In this document: positions 35,998-45,683 of the stretch, one piece after another
Layout: each line of letters begins with the position of its first letter
How positions within the stretch are numbered: position 1 is the stretch's first letter
Assembly (NCBI GenBank): GCA_022813965.1
Contig: JALDZS010000184.1
Location: 1-45,683, forward strand
Source: Toensbergia leucococca
Taxonomy: Eukaryota
Reading direction: 5' to 3'
Length of the DNA stretch: 45,683 nt
The notes under the pieces: model-generated
The model's input: only the letters and a program-made list of their open reading frames with translations
Told to the model about the DNA's origin: nothing
Databases searched by the model: none
Position numbers and translations under genes: made by a program

Positions 35998-36625
35998 GGT
36001 CTTGAGTGTACAAACTGTATATTAGATATCTTCGGGAGTCATGGATCTTCAATACCCAGACAAGCAATCTAGCAGTACCAGTCCATGTCCTACCAATACC
36101 CGAACTATGACCGCGAAGGCTCTGGAAAGCTTGCTTTATAAAGTTGCTGAAAAGGTAACATGAGGATTTCCCTCAATGAATATCATTTCAATATACAGGT
36201 AGTGTCCACCACTGATATGTATGAAACCATCTTGTAGCTGTAGCAGTATTCAGGAGGAGAAAGTTGATGAAATTCAGAAGTCTGAAGGCTTGCTGACGAG
36301 TAGGTAGAGTACTGAGGTAGAGTACTGAGGTGGAGGGTCAGTGAGCGTTGAAATCCTTCACTTCGTCTCTCACACTATGCTTCAGCAAAGTAATAAAGTG
36401 TGTTCTAGCTTAAGGTACTGTACATAATTCACTTACGTTGATCTTTGCGGCTTAGGGCTACCATCTGTCACCACATGATATCACCTCCCCAGCTTTCGCT
36501 TGCCCCTCGGATGCAGACAAAGGGCTTTTAGGACGGAGACGCCACACGTTCAACTCTTTTCACATCTCACAAAAGTTATGACACAGATGGCCACCGCTTC
36601 GGAAGATTCAGCTGACTAAAATCAA

Positions 36626-37972
36626 ATGACGACCCCGTCACTTCCCTTCAACATTCATTCGTTTTTGCATCCATTCACCGCCCTGCCTGGAAATATAATG
36701 GAAAGTCACCTCTCTGGCTCGCCGTACTTGGCTTGCTCTCGCCAGAATTACAAGGTATGCTCCAAGGTGATAATGAATGCTTTGCCACGCATTCACCACC
36801 TACTCACATATGTTGACTGAAATAGAGGAAGCGCGATCCAATTTCATCAGGCTCAAGTCGGAGTCAATCGCCTTGGACTTCTGACCGTCCTGATTTCTCC
36901 AGCAACAACGTGCTCTCACCTAACAACCTACATTTCAATCTCCCGTCCTTCAGGTTCCCCGGCAACAACATAGACTTAAGGAGACCTGTCATGTCACAAC
37001 CTACGCGAGATATCATCGACCTTACCGAAGGATCCAATAGCCCGCCTGGAACTCGAACACTTCCAAATCCAGACACCGACCCAACTTTCACCTCACAAAG
37101 AGCTAATCGGCCGCCTCGATTTCCACGAGATATTATTGACGTAGACGACCCAGAAAGCTTGTCAACACTCCCCACAAACACCGCTAGAGACGCCAGCCCA
37201 GATATAGAGTTGCTCTACTCAAGGACAATCCCACAGGGCACACGACCACAGACGCGGCCCCAGGGTATCTTTGGATACGTTCCTACTGCAACAAGGGTTG
37301 ATGGGTCATCGGCAGATGCTATTCAGAACAGAAGACCTTCAGCAAGCAACCATTCCCAGTCAGTCAGGGATGCATGGACAGAGGCAAGAAACCAAATGCG
37401 GAGGGATCATTCAATGAACATGATGGTCGGACAGCAGCAACCCAGAATTACACATCAAGGGCGACATTTAAGTTTGTCACAAGGGTTTCAAGATCGGCAA
37501 GAAGGTGTATTGTTCATGGGCGTACAGCCCAATCTTACCCTCCCTGGCAATCTTGACTTCATCGCACAAGGATTTCCTATGGGAGACATTGGTCGTGTAC
37601 ACCCAGCCCCGCCGACGTACGACGCACCCCCTTCTCCTCGCACAGGTTTTACCAGATCACCAAAAGAAGACAATGTTCTGGTGTGCCCCAATTGTGACGA
37701 AGAGCTGGGCATGGGTAGCGATGACACTAAACGACAGGTTTGGGTGGTGAAGCAATGTGGTCATGTATGATTCACGAAGAAGTCTCCTTCCGGTCTATTC
37801 ATATTGACATTGATTTTAGGTCTATTGTGGTGAGTGTACGAAGAACAGGGCTAGAGGGAAAGGGAAAGCGCCTCGGGCAGGCCGGACGAAACACTTTACA
37901 AAATGTGTGGTCGATGGATGTGTGGGCAAGAGCCTTACCCACGCCAAGAGCATGTTCCAGGTTTACTTGTGA
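36626..37972 (+). CDS. SIM-containing RING-finger protein (Slx5/Rfp1-like STUbL subunit); exons approx 36626-36754, 36826-37764, 37820-37972; start uncertain (alternative ATG 36698)
   Basis: SIM-like DIIDLTE, DIIDVDD, DIELLY; RING-like VCPNC...KQCGH|VYCGEC...KCVVDGC. Confidence 0.7.
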
Positions 37973-38673
37973 TGTTGAATTCAGCGGATGACTATCTACG
38001 GCGTTCTTCTTATCTCATTTTGACATTGTGGGTTATCGACTTTGCATAGCGTCGGAGCATGGGTTTGACCTGCATTTACGTGGGAACGGAAAATGCAGAT
38101 ACGGGTACCTGGTGCTGCTTGAAGTACTATATTAATACAGCAGTTCGAATTGTTTGCCTGCCATTGAAAAAAGGCTTTGCTAGGTGATATCGAGTGTACT
38201 TCATTGCCTCGTTCAAACCCCCTTTCGAATACTAGGTACTTTGGCTTCGCAGGAGAGACCATACCTGCTTCGAGCCTTGAAATCCACCCCCATGCGTAGT
38301 AATTGACTACCAGGGTAAAGCGGCAAGGGGAGTGGTACACAAATCGAGAATTCTTCTGCCTTAAAGACTTAGTGGTGCCGTTTTGGTCCAGCGTTCTTTC
38401 AAGGGATTGGGTAGGTAGGGGAGGGAGGAGGGAGGGTAGTATCCCGTAAGGCAACGGCGACTAGTAAATACTGAAGTCTTGGCGTCGGGTCGTTTTGTTG
38501 ACGGGGCCATTTTGTTGAAACTCCATTCCCAAAGTACCTTATTGCAGCCATTGGCCAGCGCTAGTAAATCGTTGTGACAATATCTACGAAGCCGTGACCA
38601 GAGTAGAATAGGCGGCACCATTTCGCTACAAGATCTCCCCAAAGGACTGACATCTTTCATCCCGTCGCCGGCA

Positions 38674-39505
38674 ATGGATCGAGCACGACCTCGTCGCCCT
38701 TTGAAGACTCAATACCTGATACTCTACAACCTCATCTCCGCCATCCTTTGGCTGGCCATCCTCGGCCGCGTCATCCTGCTAGTGCCCCTCGTCGGCTTCA
38801 GCAATGTCTATGGTGGCGTGGGCGGCTTTGCAAAATGGACGCAAACGCTTGCCGTGCTGGAAGTTGTGCATTCAGCGTTAGGTACGAGGCTTTTTGCTTG
38901 CCCCTAGCCTGTTTTGGAGGTAATGCGAGTAGATGTTATGAAGAGATACTTTTAGCTGATAGTTTGCTCAATGGGGCTTCCAATTAGGCCTTGTCCGCTC
39001 GCCGATCTTGACAACGCTCATGCAAGTTGCGTCGCGCTTTTGGCTGATCTGGGGCATCGTCAATACATACCCTCAGGCAACGGCGTCCTCCCCGTTCTAT
39101 AGCAGCATGCTTGTCGCCTGGTCGTTCACGGAGGTGGTGCGCTACAGCTACTTTGTACTGAACCTAAGAGGCGCAGTCCCGGGGTTCGTGACCTGGCTAA
39201 GGTACAACACCTTCTTCGTACTCTATCCGACCGGAATCGCCAGCGAGATGTGGCTGCAATGGAAAGCGAGTCAAGTAGCGGATAAGAACATCCAACTAGC
39301 CATCTGGGCGATGCTGCTGATTTATGTCCCGGGTATGTTACTTTTTCTTTCTCATGGGTTCCTTTTTGTTAAGTGCTTTGGAGGCCGAGGAAGCTGATTT
39401 TCCGATAAAGGGTCTTATATTCTGTATTCGCACATGATTACGCAGCGGAGAAAAGTCATCCGCGGCAAGCAGCCTGAGCGGAGGGACCGAGCCCTCACCC
39501 GGTAG
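38674..39505 (+). CDS. PHS1: Very-long-chain 3-hydroxyacyl-CoA dehydratase (PTPLA/Phs1), three exons
   Basis: YLILYN, QTLAVLEVVHSALG|LVRSP, TTLMQVASR, WSFTEVVRYSYF, WLRYNTFFVLYPTGIASE, LYSHMITQRRK. Confidence 0.93.
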
Positions 39506-40308
39506 ACCAGGGACGGAAAGACGTCAAGCCCGACTGCCAAAAGCATTGCTTAAATGGCACTCAAATCCTCCGCTGCGGTCGTCGAGATATCTGGGGAGCA
39601 TCGCGGACATGGATTTGGGATGCTACCCTCCACTCGGAACGAATGCTTCAAGCACACCACCCAACATTATCCAAGACAAGAACACACGGGGCTACCCTCC
39701 TAGTACCAATTCCATCGACATTACATAATCTGTACCTACCTTGACAGATGCCCCAGGAATCTTTCCTCCAAGCACTTGTTGCAATATTCTTAGCTATACT
39801 GTTCGCTCGAAGACATCCTTGGGACGCAGGTCCAACCTCCCTGGTGGTACCGGGTCTATGATTGCAATGGCCCGACGAGATACAGACAATCATCACTTAT
39901 GCAACCCCTGTTATTTCAGACCAGTAAAGCTTTATTTATTGAGATAGAGATAAGTAAGAAGGGGGCCGGAAGTAGCTTCAGCACGTTTTAAGACGGTAGG
40001 CTATGGGTGTGAAAAGGAAGTATGAAGGAAGTCCGACGCGAGCTCGAAGGGGTCGGAATCGAGAAGAATTGATTGGTTTTTATTTTACAGTCTTAAAGTC
40101 TGCTTCACAGATGGAGCATTCGTTCATGTCAATCCCGACATCACTATAGCTCAATCGTGACAACAAGCGCCAAGAACGTATAATTAGGAAGAAACCCTCC
40201 AAGCAAACGGTCATGACTAGCACTCCTGGCACTAGTCCTCCCCCTTCCCATACTGTAAAATGCCTACAGATGTGCCACCCTCCTTACCCAATTTCCCAAA
40301 CCCATGCA

Positions 40309-43300
40309 TCATCGCTCCAAACTCCCACGCACAGACCCAAACGCCCTCGCCAACAAATCCTGCAAATCGATGCTTCTTCGCAACGCCCCCTTCCCGTTAC
40401 CCGCCGGCCCTTCAAGCCCCACAAGCTCATCATCTCCGTTTGCCGAATTCCCAGACTGCCTCCTCCGCAACCCGCCTCCACCCTCCGCGCTCTCCCCGTC
40501 CATTACTCTCGGCCGGTCCAATAGTTCCTGCACCTCCCCCTCCCGCCTGGCATCTTCCTCCTCCGTTCTCTTCCCCTGCGGCTGAGCCACCTCAGCACCC
40601 CCTTCTCCAACACTCGCACTGTCATACGCCCCCACAGCCGCAGCCTCCTCAAACCGAGCCCTGATCACCGGATCCTTTTCCAACTCCTGAAAAACATCAA
40701 CATCCGACGGCGCCCAACTTGCTCTCAAGATCTTGACCGCAATTTCAAAAGCCCAAAACGAAGAGACAATCAGTACAAGCGTAAGCCACCACAGCGCGTT
40801 GCGGCCGAATCGGTCCAGAAATCCATCTTTGACGTCGTAGACGACGTTGTTGGTGTAGATACTGGTCAAGATGAAATTCCATGAGAACCAGCCACCGATA
40901 CTGAGGACCATTGCCACAACGCAGGTGATGCTCTTGTTGTGCAGCTCTAGGAATTGGATCTTGGTTCCAATGACAACGATGCAGGCTGTAAAGGTCAAGT
41001 CGCCCATGGCGTACAGTCCGTTGTCAGTCGTGAAAAGAGCTTGCCCATAGAGCCCTAGCATGAGGAAAAAAATGACCATTGCTTCGGCGCTCGCCATGAA
41101 AACCCAGATGAGGTATACGCCAAAGCTAAAGCTGCCGTTACGCTGGCCAAGGGTGTATAGTTCCGGAAAAGCAAGAAGGGTGGAGGCGGCGAGGTCTTTT
41201 TCAAATATACCCATAAATATGACCGGTAGGGAGGTGAAGAGCGTGTTGAACATGGATAGACTCCAAGATTCGTAGAGTGACGTGCCCGTGTATCCGGCGT
41301 AGCGCTGGTAGAGTGCTTGGGTGAGGTAGAAGAGCATTTCTTTCCAGAAAGTACCTAGAGTGTACTTGCAGGTGCGTATATAGTTCCATCGACCGTGCAC
41401 CAGCAACAACCTCAACAGAAATCGGAACTGCGCGATGGAGTAATCCGATATGCGGGCTGCTTGAAGACCCTCTTTGCCCGTAATCCCAATCCCTACGTGG
41501 GCTTCTTGGATCATGGCTATGTCATTGGCTCCATCACCAATCGCCAGGGTGATAGCATGTTTGACCTTCTTACGTATAGCATGGACAAGTGAAGCTTTCT
41601 GACTGGGAGAAGCCCGGCAGCAAATAACGGAGTCGACGAGAATGGCGAGGTTAATGAAAAGTTCATTCACCGCTTCTTCAGCTTTGATCAGGGCAAGGGT
41701 TTGACCGTCGACGACAAGGACAGAATGTGCGACAGTCCCACTATTAATATCAACGGTTGTGGCAGCAATGTGTTGATTGAGGTCGCCAATCTCGTGATCA
41801 AGAATTCTAACATCCGAGTAATCTTTGATGATATGGCATGAGCGGCCAATGTTGATGGCTGTCTCCCTTTTGTCACCTGTCAACATCCAGATCTTGATAT
41901 GAGCACGTCGGAGCTTGTCGATAGCTTCAGGCACGCCTTTCTGTAGCTTGTCTTCGATTGCTATTGCTCCCGAAAGCTCAAAGTCCTTTTCAATAAGTGC
42001 TCCTGCTTTTTCAACCATATCTGGCCGATCAATAAGGCTTGTAGAAGCGTCGAGGAAGATCTTTTTCCATGACTTATATTCTTCTTCGTCCACAAATCTG
42101 TACCCGTAAAGGAGGGTTCGCAACCCTTCAGTAGCAAAGTTGTCGATGTGACGAAAGCACTGTTCAAAAACCGCTCCGTCGTCCTCTACCAGAGCTTCCT
42201 CCATCTGTTCATCGCTGCTGTCACGCTGGAATGATGGTCTGATGTCAGAAGGCGCTACAGAGCGTTGGCCACCGAATCGGTTAGAAGGTCGTAGAGAGTG
42301 ACTTAGATTCGCTGTCTCTACTTCTGATACTTCTATATCAACCTCACGATCTCTAAGCAAAGTGTCCATTTCATCCCGAATCGGCTGAAGACACTTGATG
42401 GCCATACTTGGTCTTGCGATGCCGCCAAGGCTAGGGCGATGAATGCTTAGACTTGAACGAGCAATGCTGTCCTTGCGATTTCGATGCTCACTGTTACGCC
42501 TAATAGCCTGCTGCGCCTCTAAGCTCTTTCGCTGGATGGCTCTTTGTTCAACTTCATTAGCTTTACCCATAGCTAGGCCAGACAGCCTCAGTAGCTGCAT
42601 AATCGTTGAGTCCGCCCCTTTACAGAATATACATATGCGTTGATTAGGCATCCGTACTATGATCGACATCCTCTTTCTCTCGCTGGAAAACTCTATAACA
42701 TCGAGCACGTGGTAGGTCTCGAAGTGCGATTCACCATCGGGACCAGAGGGATCCATCTTAATTGTAATCGTTGAAGCTTTCCTGTCGACTAAGATGTATC
42801 CAAGTTCTTTTGCTGCTCGTACTACGGCCAACTCATCTGGCGAGGCAGCTTGATAGTCGATCTCCCCGTTCCTGCCAACCTCAGGCAGACAAGTATGGCA
42901 AAGGGCCATGGAAAGCAGGAAGAACCGGATTTTTCTCGTGAATTGACTTTGTGGTCTATGCTGCATATATTGCAGGAGTTCTGTCGTTGGTCTTTCCAAG
43001 TGGGCTTTGTTTAGCCTTGCAATTGGTCTCCGAAACGAAGCTATAGAGCTGCTTCGGGCGACTGGTGACCTCTGCGATTCGTCTGCGACGAAAGACGTGT
43101 CTAAAGTTCTCGGACTTTCCACAGCGACAGATTTACTGATCTTTCGCTCCATAGGCTGCTTCCCTTTACTGATTTTTCGCCAAGTGGCTTCTTTAGCTGA
43201 ATCTCGTTTGGTATCCACGTCGTGAAGCCAGGCAGTACCAGCAACACTCATTTTTCGAAAACACATCGAATTGTTAGTCAGAGTACCTGTCTTGTCAGAG

Positions 43301-45341
43301 AAAATGTAACTGGAGGCATGTTAGCGATCAATCTTCCAACGTGATCGAATGTTTACCTGACTTGGCCTAATTCTTCATTGATCGTCGAAGTCCTTGGCTC
43401 CATTGGAGTGTCTGATTCTTCGTCATACATGTTAATATCGTTCATCAAGATCATTTGAAAAAGCTTCACAATTTCCAAGCTAACGTAGAGAGAGAGTGGA
43501 ATCATGGTATTGAACATGATGATGAACGAGATCAGAATGCGAAAAAAGGAGACACCAGCATTAATTAGGTACCACGACTTTTGTTCAGTAGTTTCGGACC
43601 AGATTTGATACGCAACCGTGTTGAATATAGCCAATGCGACAACAAAGATGACAATTATGACTACAACTTTGTTCACCACAGCCTGTAGTGCTGGTGCTTT
43701 GATACGAGGATTTTTCGTGGCGTTCATCCGGATCTTACACTCTTCACCAGTATAGATGGCCATACCGACTATCTCAGTGGTGTTTCTAAGAGTGCTACCT
43801 CGGTATATGATCTCGTTGTTCGTCAAAGGCAGGACTTCACCGGCGATAGCAACCTTGCCCTCGAACTTATAGAGATTGAGATTGGGGTCTTCGACAACCA
43901 GATGGGCGTCAAATTGGACGATACTGTCGAGAGTTTTACAAGACTTAACAAAAGGAGCCAGCGGTCGCTTGCTCTTCAGGTTGGTCTCGCCATCTAAGGC
44001 CATCGTTTCAATATAAGCAGAGTCATTATGGCCTTCTGCATGGAGTAGTACGAGGTCCGCAGGAGCTGCTTCGTCACGCGACAATTTAACTATGTCACCG
44101 ACATGGACATCCTTCCATTGCGTCTGCACCCAGCACCTCAATGTAGAAGCAGTTGCATCGGCTACGTTATTCTCCTCCACCATCGCCGCGGTGGAGCTGT
44201 AAACATGAAGAACGGATGTATTATTCATATTCTCAGCTTTGTCTAGTCGAGAGCGACGCAAGTCGTCGTAAGCTTCTTTAGCCATAGAGATGCTGATGAA
44301 AATCATCAAAGGGACAATGGTAGTGTAGGTGCCGGTCGTACTTAAGCCTGGAATCATCTGCAGAATGGAAACGCAGAGGAAGTAAAAATTAGCCAATTTC
44401 GAGAATTGAGCGAAAAGCTGCTTCGGAAGAAAGGTCCAAAGAGTGTATCTGCTTGACCGGATCGTGTTGACGATGTATTCACGTCCAGTCCGCTCGTCTA
44501 TGAGATTTTCCTTCCGGCTAGCATTTAGGTCAATGTGTCGTCCGTCTTTACTGGGAGGGACTTCTTGAACTCTGAGGATTGCCTTGCGTGCTTTGAGATA
44601 AGAAACTCGCATTTTCGCAAAGAGCCCCACACGATCTACCCGCCTCTTGAGCCATTTCTCATAGTGAGGCAGAGACGATATACCACGACCTGCGTCCTTT
44701 GCCCTCGCCTGTATAAAGGGGCTTGAGTATTCATCTTCTTGGATCGCCGATGATACTGTAATCTTCGTTCCTGTCTTCTTGCTAACCCTACTCTTTCCAG
44801 CTGGCTGCACTGAAGAACTGCCGCGTGCAGAAGTTTGTAGCGGGTGGAGCTCTATTGTAGACCCATTTCTTTGGGATGACTCTTCGAGATTCCTTGCGAG
44901 CAACGTTCTGCGCAGCGAAAAGCTTCGATCTCGATTTCGAGGTATACCAGACGAGCCAAGCGGGGCAGGCTTCGGTGGCTCCAACCTAGAAGAAAGTTGC
45001 GAAGCAGAGCCTGATGGTGATTCCACGGAATCCGTAGGCATGAAGGCTGTGCCGCCGATGGTATTGTGGATCTCCCGAGACGGGAAGAAAGTTCCTGAGA
45101 CCATCTTGGGACTGTCGTTATCATTACTAGATTCCACCATCTGATCAGAACACCAATCTTGGCCCTTCGAGATAGCGGTTGGGGAATAGAGATTGACGGT
45201 AGTAGAAGGGGTTTCAGACAAATGCACATGGTCTATGAGTGGTGGCTCGTGTACGTCCTCCTCCTGGCCACCATGTCGGGTTGGCCGTCTCGAGCCAAGC
45301 CGGTCCTCCTCGCAAGTATCTTTGTGTTCATTGATTGTCAT
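40309..45341 (-). CDS. DNF3: P4-type ATPase phospholipid flippase (Dnf3-like); exons 45341-43357 and 43309-40309
   Basis: LDGETNLK, IPLSLYVSLE, EELGQV|SYIFSDKTGTLT, WMLTGDKRETA, LAIGDGANDIAMIQEAHVGIGI and C-terminal TM helices. Confidence 0.93.
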
Positions 45342-45683
45342 AACTTCTCCATCATTTTTGCAAGAACAATCACGTATGAATTGTTTACAACTGATTTAGA
45401 AAAGCCAGCAGGAATTGACGTCGAGTTGGGTCAAGTCCCACTGTACAGTGAGCTATGGTTATGATCTCTGGTTATGGAACCTGATAGCGTTGAGCACCCC
45501 ATATGCTTGGCCCATGGACGTTAACGACAGTGGTTGTAATGATGAAGAATTGAGCATGTACGAGTACTCGTACGAGGTCAATTTTTAAAGTATTGCAAAT
45601 GGCCAACGTAGGAACTGCGGCTTGGCATAGAACAGGCCATTTATCGTGATTTTCATCTATTCTACGAGTACGAACATCAATTC

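Noticed and set aside
36302..36336. Short tandem repeat aggtagagtactg x2.5
   Set aside because: Too short, no spacers; ordinary slippage, not CRISPR-like.

Overview
Gene-dense window from a filamentous ascomycete (Pezizomycotina) nuclear genome, judged by GT-AG introns with CTRAY branch sites and fungal gene families. It holds 15 apparently intact genes: mitochondrial uL4, MKT1, a 2OG-Fe(II) oxygenase, SamB/MUB1, G-protein beta, phosducin-like protein, TAF14, RanBP1, an uncharacterised 886-aa single-TM protein, a GT15 mannosyltransferase, a DUF4604-type protein, PRP19, a SIM+RING protein, PHS1 and a DNF3-type flippase. A ~5.5 kb decayed island (about 28.7-34.1 kb) contains two non-autonomous TIR elements and two pseudogenes, one broken only by TAG stops and the other only by TGA stops. 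Most notable: (1) the 886-aa protein has the layout of a selective-autophagy receptor; (2) a long, structured intron in the G-beta gene; (3) G-beta lies next to its phosducin chaperone; (4) a 17-nt microexon next to a GC-AG intron. All exon boundaries and family calls come from reading the sequence by eye; no searches were run.
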